This document shows, piece after piece, positions 18,380 through 28,400 of a DNA stretch of 64,000 nt. Numbering within the stretch: the stretch's first letter is position 1; every line of letters begins with the position of its first letter. Where the stretch lies: positions 1 to 64,000 of IMG/VR virus record IMGVR_UViG_3300025418_001265; one strand, given 5' to 3'. Origin of the DNA: a virus. The notes beneath the pieces were generated by a model, which saw nothing but the letters and a program-made list of their open reading frames with translations, did no database searches and was not told the DNA's origin. The translations under genes and the position numbers were made by a program.

Positions 18380-18625
18380 TTAAATAAAATCTCTATATTC
18401 TGTATTATCGTATACTTTTTTAGGAGGTCCACTGAAAAATATCGCATCAGGATTATTTATGTGCAACCACTCTCTAAAACTACGTGGAAAATCAGCTGCA
18501 AACAATTTAACTGTTTTAATATCTATTGTTACGTCTTTTTCAATACAGAGTAAGGCTCTTACTGCATCTTGTTGGAAAGATGCCAGATTGCATTCAAATG
18601 CAATATCAAGAAAATTAACCGTCAT
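18380..18625 (-). CDS. Hypothetical protein
   Basis: 81-aa ORF. Confidence 0.55.
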   Translation of the reverse strand: MTVNFLDIAFECNLASFQQDAVRALLCIEKDVTIDIKTVKLFAADFPRSFREWLHINNPDAIFFSGPPKKVYDNTEYRDFI

Positions 18626-18630
18626 AGTAG

Positions 18631-18674
18631 AAAAAAAAGAGGCATAGTATATATTAGAAATACTATGCCTCTTT
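18631..18674 (-). terminator. Intrinsic terminator
   Basis: 15-bp inverted repeat AAAGAGGCATAGTAT/ATACTATGCCTCTTT running into a U8 tract on the minus strand. Confidence 0.8.
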
Positions 18675-18685
18675 GCGATTACATA

Positions 18686-18916
18686 TTATCGTGTCTGACG
18701 AATCTTTGCCCAACGACCTTTTGAGTCGCGAACATTGTAAAAACGAGGTTGTAAAACAACTTGACTCGAACGATTAATAAAACCAAGCACGTTGTACTTA
18801 GTTGGATTAAAACGACGAGTTACTGCATTCATACGTTGCTCAACACTCTCGTCACCAAGAGTGCGGGTATAGATATCTTTAACGATAATATTTTCACTAA
18901 TTGTTGTAGCGTTCAT
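18686..18916 (-). CDS. Hypothetical protein
   Basis: Start moved to MNATT (GGAG upstream); C-terminal RDSKGRW. Confidence 0.55.
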   Translation of the reverse strand: MNATTISENIIVKDIYTRTLGDESVEQRMNAVTRRFNPTKYNVLGFINRSSQVVLQPRFYNVRDSKGRWAKIRQTR

Positions 18917-19027
18917 ATTTAATTTCTCCAATAGTATAACATAGTTTTTTAAAAGTTCTACTAGATATATTAAGATTTGTTATAAATAATTGTATAATCC
19001 AAAATAACACTTTTTAATGACTAAAAT

Positions 19028-19243
19028 ATGAACAAATATATTGCCGCTTTAGGCATCGTCGATGAATTCCTCGGGGAGGAAATTCCACTAAAAGAAATAA
19101 GTGTTACAGCAAAAGATCATTATGAAGCACATAAGACTGCTTTGTACAAATGCAATTTAGGCAATAAGGAAACTGTCTTTAAAATTAAAGAAGCTTCTAC
19201 CGGTATTGTAAGGTTTGATTATAAGACCGGTTTTAGTGCTTAA
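19028..19243 (+). CDS. Hypothetical protein
   Basis: 71-aa ATG ORF; TATAAATA at 18981-18988. Confidence 0.55.
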   Translation: MNKYIAALGIVDEFLGEEIPLKEISVTAKDHYEAHKTALYKCNLGNKETVFKIKEASTGIVRFDYKTGFSA

Positions 19244-22200
19244 CCGTGGAAGTAGACCTGTACGTTCTTATCACCGTCTACGTATATATTAAACTTAGCG
19301 CCTGAAGAGGTGCTACCTTGAACAGTGCCCTCTCCTACTGTATTGAGTGGAGACTCTCCAGCTGCAGTATAGCGGCCTGGATCAAATATACCAGCACCAG
19401 AAACAATAATTGGTGAATCGTGAGATTGACCTGGACCGTAATTAGCTACTGTGTTGATACCAACCCCGTGCATTACTCTTACTGTACCTGCCTTAAACAC
19501 CCCGCCACCAGTTACGTAGCCAGTACCCTTTGATACAGATCCTGTTGAAGTTGAGATCGTGTAGTAAGGTGTAGCAGGTTTTGGATAAAGCGTTCTACCC
19601 ATACTTAATACTACTTCAGTTTCACCTGGATCGGTTAAACGAGAAGCAGAAAGGGTAATAACATCAGTTGGGAATTGAGGTGTAAAGTTTACAATTGGGT
19701 TTTCTGTGGTTTGTACACCAGATAGGGACCAGGCGTGGCGAATATATGGATCAATACCAATATCTAACCAACCACCTATCGTATTATTAGCTACAGTAGC
19801 ATAAGGCATTGTACCGTATGTGCTTAATAACGACATTTGAGTTGTTCTATAAGTTTCTGAACTGTATAGGTTATTGGTAAAGTTAGCATTATACAGATAA
19901 CCTCCGTATTGTACACTAGCCACAATTGAAGGGTGGCTGTAAGCTGTACTTGTTGTTGTACCTAAAGATAACGAAACATCGATAGTACCTGCAAATGTAC
20001 CTGGGTAACCGTCTGCCCCAACCGAGCTACTATCTGTAACAAGGTACGCGCTTAATGGTATAGCGATATTAGCTGAAACTGAAGTTTGTAATACTGAAAG
20101 CGGTACGCTGTTTTGACTTATCGTAATAGTTACTAGGTTGTTAAATGACCAAGGTGTAGCACCATACGTTTCTTTTAACGTTAGCATTAGCACACTCTGC
20201 TCTGTAGCATTAATAATACTGAGATTTGCAGTGTAGTCGTTACCGTAACGAGTAGTTAACCATTCTGTAGATTCAAGTAACGGATCAGTAATGGTTGTCG
20301 GGAAGTAATTACTATAGAGATTACCAATGAACTGAGCTGATGCAAAAGCAAATAATGTACCAAGAGATACACCGAGATAAGCTGGGTTAGATACGACTGA
20401 ACCTACATTATCGGTTGCACTTAAGGTGTAGTAACCGATTGAACTTAATTCAGGTATAAATGTATAGTCCGTAGCAGAAGCACCGACAATAGCTGTATTT
20501 TCAAATAACCATTGATAGCTTAAGGCGTCTTGACCAGCTGCAGAGGAAACAGCAGCATAAATCGTAACCGGCTCACCTGCAATAATGTTTTGACTTGAAG
20601 GTTGAGTGGTTATTACTGGTAAAGGCTGGAAGTACTGGTTGACTACGTATGGTGTAGCAGCAGTTACTAGACCTAATTTATTAATTTGAGAGTTTGGTAA
20701 AGTTACAGTTACTTCAGGCTTGATAGCACTTAATATAGTTGTCTGTATATTGTAGATACTAGCTAGTACTCTATTAATAACAGCAGAACTTACTATCTCA
20801 TTACTATATACAAAGTTAGAGTCAGTAGTACCAAGTGAATTAATTAACTGATCGTTGTAACCTGAAACCTTACCGAATACTGCTTGACCGAAATTAACTA
20901 GATTATTAGTGTAGTCTACTGTTTCAGTGTACTTACCGTTAATGTTCTTTGCAAGCACTTCGTGATTGAAGATCATTTGACCGATGGCCTTATTATACAC
21001 CCAGTCCTGTATAAGTTCGTTTTCTTGAATCTTATAAGATGATAAAGGAGTGTAGTAACTGTTAACAGTATCAGTGTTAATTAAGTCAGCTGTAGTTGGT
21101 ATATCAATAAACTTAAACAGTCTCGATTTTGTAGCTATATAAAGATAAAATCTATCATCAATAAACGCATTAACAATATCTTCATTCAATAGTAACGGTG
21201 AACTACTTGGTCCGTTGAATCTATTAATGAATAGTCCAGTTACTGTGTACTTGTAAATAAAGTCACTTGTAATAATGTAGTAGAACGTACCTGTAGGATC
21301 TACTAATATTTTAAGTATGCTTGCTGTAGAAGGTATTTGAGGTGTAGTAAAGCGGTTGGTTAAACTGCCGTTATTATCAAATACAAACACTGTAAATGGA
21401 GATGGGAAAGAATCTGCATTAGGTACTACTGTACTTGAACTTGGTTGAGAGTTACCATCTGCACCTAGAGCTACTACTGAGAATGATGTATAATTGGTAC
21501 CAGAATGGAACACATATTGGGTTAATCTTGGTGGGTTAGGTGTTTGCTTCCAATTATAAATTGAATCATAAACTGAAGTTGTTAATGCTGGTATTTCCTG
21601 TGAAATTACTGGGTTAAGCGCGGTACCTATTAAAACGTAGTTGCTGCTACTCTCAGGTTTACCGTAAACCGCGAAATTAGCTGTAGCATCACGGTACACG
21701 CTAGCTAACCGATAACCATCGTGGTTCCAAGTAACTTTATACTGGGTTTCACCACTACTAATAGGAGCCGTTACAACTGAAGTAATTGCAGGTGCATTTG
21801 GCGCTTTAATTTTACCTACCATATACACATTACCTGTATTAGCATCAATATCAAACGGACTTACATTATAAGCACTTAAAGACTGATCTGTAATTTCAGT
21901 AATATAAGTTAATGCAGAGTTGTAAACCTTAATACGGTTATTTTTCTTATCCCCTACATAAACTTTATTGTTAAACGTCTTTATAGCAGTAGGTATATCA
22001 GCTATTGTCGCACCAGAACCAAATGCGTATTCATCGTCAGGGTTTTGACTTGCTAAACCACCTATTTGATTAACTAAGGTTAAAGAACCATCTCCGTAGT
22101 TAACATTATACCTATAAACACTTACAGGGTTAATAGAATCTACGTTTTGTGGGTTTGTTTCTGAAGCAAGTAAGTACAGGTTCGTACCGCTTACATCTAC

Positions 22201-24549
22201 TGAGTAAGCCTTAAAGTTGATTGAACCAGGTATAATAGAACTTAATACAGAGACCTTAGTGTTGTAGAAATCATTCTTTCTTACTTCTAAAATACTGTGA
22301 GCACTTAAAGAGGTATAGATAATGTAGTTATAGTAATTAGGGGCTGTAAATGGGGTTTTAAATGACTTGAACTCTACAATTGAACCCGGTGTAATACCAT
22401 AATTGTAGGTACCCCATATTGGATAAGCTCCGTAATACGTATCTGAACCTGAAATAAATGTGTTCCAGGTTGGGTAACCAATTAAATCGTACAACCACTC
22501 TATATATTCTGGGAAAGGTGTCTTTCTTATAGTACTTGCTATTGTTCTTAAATAATTGTAGTTAGATTCAAGTTTACCTAATGCTGCATTGATATTATCT
22601 GCAACTACCCATTCGTTAGAACCGATTTCTACCTGCTCTTTACTATAAGGTAAGGTTAAGTTGTTGTTTAACGATTTAGAATAGTCTTCAAGACTGATTT
22701 CAGGGAAAGTATCTTGTATATAAAAACGTGCACTTAAAGAATAAGATGCAACAAAGTTATTACTGTTAATATTAGTATTGTTATACGCGGAAACTGTTAC
22801 TGTGTATGGGGTATCGCTTGCGTTAGTATAAGAATGCGTAAAATAGAACGCATCTGTAGGTATTGGGTTTGGATAATTGTTTACAATTCCATCTCCCCAG
22901 TTAATTGAGAACGCAGCATAACCTGTAGGTGCATTTAAGTAAGGTGGTACGGTTTGTACCCAAACTGGCTGGTTAGTTAACGCAAAAGTATATGGCGTGT
23001 ATAACTTTAAAGGTGTAATGTCCTGAATTAATGAACTTGCTACATCAAAAGAAATTATTAAGTCTTTTGAATTATAACCATAAGGTGTGTTTAATGTGCT
23101 AGTAGATATCTCAGCAAAACCAACTTCAGTCGGATCTACATTAGTACTATTAGCTGGTAATAGTACCCCATAATCAGGATTCTGAAAACCTTGATTAGCT
23201 AATCTGTATATAAAGTTATTATTTGCTGCTCCTATCGGTACCATAGTACCGTTAGTTAATTCAGTTGTTTCAAATAAACTTACATCTCTAATATATGTAC
23301 CTGTAGAGTAACCACCAGCATATAATGCCATACCGTTACCAATAGGATAGTTACCTGCATTAGGGCCAAACACTATAGCACGGCTTGAACCTTGTAAAAT
23401 ACGAGCAGTACCGGTTGCGCTTAATGTAACGGTTGGAATCCACCCTGTACCGTTATTATCGGTCTGCACTAAACAGGTTACAACAGTTGTATTAGACGGA
23501 CACTTATAATATAGTGTCATACTCTTTTCTGTACCTGTACCTAAAGAATAACCATAAGCTAATTGGTTATTATTAGAATCATATAAACCAATTGTAGTGC
23601 CTTTAGGTATTACATTATTGTTATACTCTTTTACATTAGCTATAATGTAAGAATTTGTAGAGTTTATGAATTCAGCGCCGAGATCGTGAAAATTGTTAGT
23701 ACCAGGGGCAATATATGATATGCCTCTTATATATTTCGGTACTTTATTGTCTGCAGTAGGAGAAGGTACATCTCCAGGCGTGCTTGGTGGGGTCCAAGGT
23801 GTAGGGGCTGCTGCTTTTACCGAAAATGTATATGTAATGCTACCAGTATTGCCAAGGGAGTCAGTAGCTTCAACTGTAAATGTATAAGTTCCTACTACAG
23901 TAGGTGTACCAGCTAAGTGGCCACTTTGAGAAAGCGTAATACCTGGAGGTAAAAGATATTGACTAGATACATTAGAATTATCGAAGTTAGCTATAACAGT
24001 AACTCCGTTTGGTGGCATATAAAAATCTATCTGTAAGCCGTTTTGTTCAAAAGTAGGGGTATCTGAAGTGAATGGCGTACCATCCGCATTAATAATTGTC
24101 CAACCCTTAAACGTGTGACCGGTATTAGGAGTAGCAACTAATAGTACGGGGTCTCCTGCAAAGAAACCGCCTGCCTGTTTTGGTGCATAACCTGATTTGT
24201 AATTAACTGTGCCTGCAGTATTAGGTGCAGTTACAATATTAACAAAATATACATTTGTACCGTTAACCGAGGTAACTAAATTGCTACTATTTACAGCAAA
24301 CGTGTAAGGCCCTGTACCGCCTGTAGCGGTTATGGTTTGATTATAAGCTACAGTTAATTGGCCGTCAGGTATATTGGTAGGTGTTAAAGTTAGTTTAGTT
24401 GTAGGTGTTGCAACTGAAGCTACACTAGGGTCAATCGATAACTGTATTCTTGAACTACTATTAGGAATATAAGAATATGTAACAGTACTTTTATACCCGT
24501 TTTTGCCGGTATAACTAAAAGAAATAGGATTATCTGTAGTAGTAGCCAT
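19240..24549 (-). CDS. Large virion structural protein with putative-Ig (He_PIG), B-repeat-like, PKD, propeller-like and Ig domains
   Basis: YNQTITATGGTGPYTF...LPPGITLS..GTPT..GTYTFTVEATD; INWGDG..HSYT; ITTQPSSQ...YQW...GYYTL. Confidence 0.7.
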   Translation of the reverse strand: MATTTDNPISFSYTGKNGYKSTVTYSYIPNSSSRIQLSIDPSVASVATPTTKLTLTPTNIPDGQLTVAYNQTITATGGTGPYTFAVNSSNLVTSVNGTNVYFVNIVTAPNTAGTVNYKSGYAPKQAGGFFAGDPVLLVATPNTGHTFKGWTIINADGTPFTSDTPTFEQNGLQIDFYMPPNGVTVIANFDNSNVSSQYLLPPGITLSQSGHLAGTPTVVGTYTFTVEATDSLGNTGSITYTFSVKAAAPTPWTPPSTPGDVPSPTADNKVPKYIRGISYIAPGTNNFHDLGAEFINSTNSYIIANVKEYNNNVIPKGTTIGLYDSNNNQLAYGYSLGTGTEKSMTLYYKCPSNTTVVTCLVQTDNNGTGWIPTVTLSATGTARILQGSSRAIVFGPNAGNYPIGNGMALYAGGYSTGTYIRDVSLFETTELTNGTMVPIGAANNNFIYRLANQGFQNPDYGVLLPANSTNVDPTEVGFAEISTSTLNTPYGYNSKDLIISFDVASSLIQDITPLKLYTPYTFALTNQPVWVQTVPPYLNAPTGYAAFSINWGDGIVNNYPNPIPTDAFYFTHSYTNASDTPYTVTVSAYNNTNINSNNFVASYSLSARFYIQDTFPEISLEDYSKSLNNNLTLPYSKEQVEIGSNEWVVADNINAALGKLESNYNYLRTIASTIRKTPFPEYIEWLYDLIGYPTWNTFISGSDTYYGAYPIWGTYNYGITPGSIVEFKSFKTPFTAPNYYNYIIYTSLSAHSILEVRKNDFYNTKVSVLSSIIPGSINFKAYSVDVSGTNLYLLASETNPQNVDSINPVSVYRYNVNYGDGSLTLVNQIGGLASQNPDDEYAFGSGATIADIPTAIKTFNNKVYVGDKKNNRIKVYNSALTYITEITDQSLSAYNVSPFDIDANTGNVYMVGKIKAPNAPAITSVVTAPISSGETQYKVTWNHDGYRLASVYRDATANFAVYGKPESSSNYVLIGTALNPVISQEIPALTTSVYDSIYNWKQTPNPPRLTQYVFHSGTNYTSFSVVALGADGNSQPSSSTVVPNADSFPSPFTVFVFDNNGSLTNRFTTPQIPSTASILKILVDPTGTFYYIITSDFIYKYTVTGLFINRFNGPSSSPLLLNEDIVNAFIDDRFYLYIATKSRLFKFIDIPTTADLINTDTVNSYYTPLSSYKIQENELIQDWVYNKAIGQMIFNHEVLAKNINGKYTETVDYTNNLVNFGQAVFGKVSGYNDQLINSLGTTDSNFVYSNEIVSSAVINRVLASIYNIQTTILSAIKPEVTVTLPNSQINKLGLVTAATPYVVNQYFQPLPVITTQPSSQNIIAGEPVTIYAAVSSAAGQDALSYQWLFENTAIVGASATDYTFIPELSSIGYYTLSATDNVGSVVSNPAYLGVSLGTLFAFASAQFIGNLYSNYFPTTITDPLLESTEWLTTRYGNDYTANLSIINATEQSVLMLTLKETYGATPWSFNNLVTITISQNSVPLSVLQTSVSANIAIPLSAYLVTDSSSVGADGYPGTFAGTIDVSLSLGTTTSTAYSHPSIVASVQYGGYLYNANFTNNLYSSETYRTTQMSLLSTYGTMPYATVANNTIGGWLDIGIDPYIRHAWSLSGVQTTENPIVNFTPQFPTDVITLSASRLTDPGETEVVLSMGRTLYPKPATPYYTISTSTGSVSKGTGYVTGGGVFKAGTVRVMHGVGINTVANYGPGQSHDSPIIVSGAGIFDPGRYTAAGESPLNTVGEGTVQGSTSSGAKFNIYVDGDKNVQVYFHG

Positions 24550-24800
24550 TATGGTAGTGCTGAAAAATTCGAAACAGGGTTACCTGGAGGCGGTAATACA
24601 CCTGTACTTGGAGGGGTTACCGGGGTACTAGTAGTAGTGCCTGTTTGCTGCTGCATACCTGGTGCAATTGTAGCTAATGCTTCAAGACAGTCATCTCTTT
24701 GAGCAGGGGATAAATCCGGACTAGCTTTTACAAAAGCTACAATATTATTGTAAGCATCGGTATAGTTATATTGTACTTGAGAGTCGAATGTTACTGTCAT
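24549..24800 (-). CDS. Hypothetical protein
   Basis: 83-aa ORF, TAATG-coupled to the downstream gene. Confidence 0.55.
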   Translation of the reverse strand: MTVTFDSQVQYNYTDAYNNIVAFVKASPDLSPAQRDDCLEALATIAPGMQQQTGTTTSTPVTPPSTGVLPPPGNPVSNFSALP

Positions 24801-24801
24801 A

Positions 24802-27800
24802 TTATTGCCAGATTATTTGGTTTAATTGAGTGTAAACAGGTGTTGTTTTACTTAATGAAGCTATTATGTTTTTCTCTATAATACTGCGTATTCCTGGATC
24901 AGTTATATTAGAGTTCTTTATCTTTATGTTGAATTTAGCGGATTTTGCACCGGGTAAACGATGTAAGAAGAACCGTTCAACCTGTTCTATATAGTAACGG
25001 GTACCTGCAGGAGCGGCCCAGGTTAAATCTGAAAAACTATTCAATAAAAAGCGCTTTTGTACAGCAACTATATCAGCTCTTTGTAGTGCTTGATTGTAGA
25101 AACGTACATCAGCTATATAACCGTTGAAACTATAAGGGTCTGTAGTTTGATTAGTAAATTGAGATAGCGTTTGATTTTTAAAACTTGTTGTACCAATAAC
25201 CAAGTTAGGATTATTACGAGAGTTGTACACTCTGTATATACCATTACTTAAATTACCTATTGATGTACTTGCAACAAGATCCCCATCTACATATAAATTG
25301 AGTTTATTATAAGGATCTACTGTAATTGCAAAATGATGCCAACCAGGTGTTAATGTGGATGCGTTAAAATCTAAAGTACTGACTTTTCTATCTGCATTTA
25401 ACGTAGAAACGTTTTCAACTAAAGCTTTAACTATTAAATCGCTTGGGTTACTATCGGCATAGTAGTAGTATTTGCGTTGATAGTCATAACCGGTAGCATC
25501 TCCTAAAGTCTGTAATAATAAAGCAGTTGTACTTAATGTATAGTACGTAGTAGTCGTTAATACATTACTTGTAACTACAGAACCGTCTACAGGATTAATT
25601 TTATATAATATTTGATTCTTGCCATCTAGTAATAAACCATAATAATTTGTACTACCGCCATTTAATTCAGCAACAAAGTTAAGAGTTCTAGTTGCACCAA
25701 ATAATTGATTACCCGGTAAGTTAACATCCCATACAACTCTACCGTAATTGTCTAATTTGCTTAAGTTGTTACCAGAGTACAGTACCCATATATTGTCTAA
25801 ATGATCACAGACAATGGATTCAGCTTGACGAGCAGATAATACAGCATTTACTGTACTTGTATTAATGCCTCTTACAATGGTGTCTCCATCTAAGGCCCAG
25901 ACAACGTTATTACTATCAACTACCGTACCGGTACCTTTACCATCGTGAGTGTTTATGTAATAATTGATCTGGTTGTTTAAATCAACATAGTACGTCGATA
26001 CATTGTTTTGAGAGCCACTATTAGTAGTATTAGGATCTAGTATCCCTGTTGTTAGGTATTTGCGCCAGTCAATAGTAGTACCTACTTTGAAGAATATAAG
26101 AAGCTTACGAACGCCACCTTCAAGTATTAAATTAGCACCAATAACAGTAGCATTAGATACCCCACTATCTTGAACAGCATTAAATTCAGATACTAATGCA
26201 CCGTCTTGATCGTATTCGTGTACAATTCGGTTACCGTCAATAATAAAATAACTTTCATCATAGTTACTCTTTACAATATAACTATTACCAGCCTGTATAG
26301 CTGGAGCATTAGGTGTATTGCTACTTAAGCTTACCAAGTTAGTATTAAACGTACGAATCTTATCCCCGATTATAGTAACAAATGGTGTTAATAAAGGATT
26401 GTTCTTAAATAAACCGATACCACCATTATAGTAGTTGCCTAAAATTTGTTCTCCTTGTATATTTAACCAATTTGTACTGTAAGCTTGAAACGCTATTGTA
26501 AACCCTGGTGTGTAAAAATCGTCATTGGTTAAGCTCAAAGTGGCATAACTTACTGCAGTGTTTAACGCAGGATCTCTAGTACCAGGAAATGTTTGTACTG
26601 AGTTAGAACTTAAACTGTAAACATCGCCAGTGGTTAAACCGTTGGCAGCATCAATTAACGGACTAGTCCAGTTTTCTACATAATGTGTTAAAGAGCCGGA
26701 AAGAGTATCAACAACGAGCATATTGTCGTTATCACCAATTTTGTGATACACATATAAGGACTCAGGGCTAAATACCTGTGTTGAAGGTACGTCCCAAATT
26801 AAGTTAGGATAATTGTTATTACTTGGTCCTGCTCCTGTAGAAGTTAGTACTTGAGTGAGATCAACAGCTGATGGTGCAAAATAACGATCCATCCATACTG
26901 GTTCAGATCCTATATCTGATGCAGATAACCAAGAACAGAAAAATACACCTGTTTGGTTACCGTTATAGTTGCCCCAAGGGCTGTACTTTCTATAGTCTGC
27001 TTTTTTAACAAATATACGATCGGATCTCCAAGGCGAAGAGCCTGGTTGTGCACCTGATTTAGCTAAAGTACTACCTGATAATGGTACGTTAACTGCACTT
27101 ACAGGATAATGAAAGTATGTGTCGATATCTTTTTTGAATGATTCAACTACTTCATTACCAAGATAACTTAAATAAATTTTTTCCGATCCTGCTTCTGTGT
27201 TTAACCCGGTATGCAATTTATTATATAATCTTGAACGAGCAGACAAAGCAGGGGTCTGTATGTACTCTGGAGAGTAATAATTCTTAAGTAGTGTTATACT
27301 GTAATCGAGAGTGTTCTGTACCGGGTCTACAGTGACGTAAGGTGTAGTTATTAAATAATTAAAATTAAGCGGGTTAGTTGCTTCGTCTACCTTTATACTG
27401 TTAGGAGTCTTTACATATTTTACATTACTTGATGTACCTACTTCTCCATATTCTGCATAACTAAAGCGGTCTATATTAATAATATTAAAATTACGGTCAA
27501 ATGAGCTAAAATTACCTATAGATAATGTACCAGAATTGTTATAAACAATGAGTCCTTGATCTCTCGTAAAGAGGGACATTACCTTTTCATATAAACTGTA
27601 ATAAAAGCTTTGATTTTGTAGTTGTCTAGGAGAAGAACTTAATAATAGTGTACCAGTACTGTCTTTACATATATTATTATTGCTATAAGAAATAAAAACT
27701 ATATTATTAGTAGTATCAAAATTTAACCCCCACACTGTTGCTTGGGTGTAGTCAGTAGTAAAACCAATATGACCACTATCTAAAGCCTGTAAGTAGTTAC

Positions 27801-28059
27801 CGCCAATATCTAAAGTAGAGCTTAAGGTAAAATTAACATCATAAGGATAATCCTTACTACTTAAACTATCTGCTAATGAAAAATTATTAGTTAATATATT
27901 AAGAGAATTTTGACTAAAAGTAGCATCTTTAACTCCTGAAAGTAAAGGGCTTAAAGCGTAATTAAATCCGTCTGAACTTATATATAAGTCATTGATAGTA
28001 CCTACGTTTTGACCGTTATTGTAGGTTAATTTTATAGGATAAGTACTAGCAATCGACAT
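24802..28059 (-). CDS. Virion/baseplate-associated protein with LamG (ConA-like) domain
   Basis: GWHHFAIT...LYVDG...FNGYIADVRFYNQAL; TAAGTA upstream. Confidence 0.7.
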   Translation of the reverse strand: MSIASTYPIKLTYNNGQNVGTINDLYISSDGFNYALSPLLSGVKDATFSQNSLNILTNNFSLADSLSSKDYPYDVNFTLSSTLDIGGNYLQALDSGHIGFTTDYTQATVWGLNFDTTNNIVFISYSNNNICKDSTGTLLLSSSPRQLQNQSFYYSLYEKVMSLFTRDQGLIVYNNSGTLSIGNFSSFDRNFNIINIDRFSYAEYGEVGTSSNVKYVKTPNSIKVDEATNPLNFNYLITTPYVTVDPVQNTLDYSITLLKNYYSPEYIQTPALSARSRLYNKLHTGLNTEAGSEKIYLSYLGNEVVESFKKDIDTYFHYPVSAVNVPLSGSTLAKSGAQPGSSPWRSDRIFVKKADYRKYSPWGNYNGNQTGVFFCSWLSASDIGSEPVWMDRYFAPSAVDLTQVLTSTGAGPSNNNYPNLIWDVPSTQVFSPESLYVYHKIGDNDNMLVVDTLSGSLTHYVENWTSPLIDAANGLTTGDVYSLSSNSVQTFPGTRDPALNTAVSYATLSLTNDDFYTPGFTIAFQAYSTNWLNIQGEQILGNYYNGGIGLFKNNPLLTPFVTIIGDKIRTFNTNLVSLSSNTPNAPAIQAGNSYIVKSNYDESYFIIDGNRIVHEYDQDGALVSEFNAVQDSGVSNATVIGANLILEGGVRKLLIFFKVGTTIDWRKYLTTGILDPNTTNSGSQNNVSTYYVDLNNQINYYINTHDGKGTGTVVDSNNVVWALDGDTIVRGINTSTVNAVLSARQAESIVCDHLDNIWVLYSGNNLSKLDNYGRVVWDVNLPGNQLFGATRTLNFVAELNGGSTNYYGLLLDGKNQILYKINPVDGSVVTSNVLTTTTYYTLSTTALLLQTLGDATGYDYQRKYYYYADSNPSDLIVKALVENVSTLNADRKVSTLDFNASTLTPGWHHFAITVDPYNKLNLYVDGDLVASTSIGNLSNGIYRVYNSRNNPNLVIGTTSFKNQTLSQFTNQTTDPYSFNGYIADVRFYNQALQRADIVAVQKRFLLNSFSDLTWAAPAGTRYYIEQVERFFLHRLPGAKSAKFNIKIKNSNITDPGIRSIIEKNIIASLSKTTPVYTQLNQIIWQ

Positions 28060-28094
28060 ATAAAATACTTAGTGAAGAAGATTGGTTTTACTAC

Positions 28095-28400
28095 TTAAGC
28101 CTGTTGACCACCACCGCCACCAGGAGGACCACTAGGGGGCCCGCCACCACCTCCTCCGCCACCACCAGTACCAGCACCGCTGTAACCTATTGATCTAAAA
28201 AGAGAACCTATATCTGTACCGTTTGCGCTATAACCTACATTATATCCGGGCGTGTCTCCACCTGTTGAAGAGTAATATCTATCGGCAAGATCTTGTGCTC
28301 CACCTATAGTATAACCAGTATTTGCCCTAGCTGCAGAATCTCCACGCGGTGCAAATATACTATCTAAATCAAGACCGTTATATTTGTAGTTAGATGCCAT
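28095..28400 (-). CDS. Small fibre-associated protein with Y-x-x-x-G-x-DL repeats and poly-Gly tail
   Basis: [37 protein letters not shown]; directly after an S74 fibre gene. Confidence 0.6.
   Translation of the reverse strand: MASNYKYNGLDLDSIFAPRGDSAARANTGYTIGGAQDLADRYYSSTGGDTPGYNVGYSANGTDIGSLFRSIGYSGAGTGGGGGGGGGPPSGPPGGGGGQQA

Noticed and set aside
18932-19027. AT-rich divergent gap as a replication origin
   Set aside because: Short, no iterons; explained by divergent promoters
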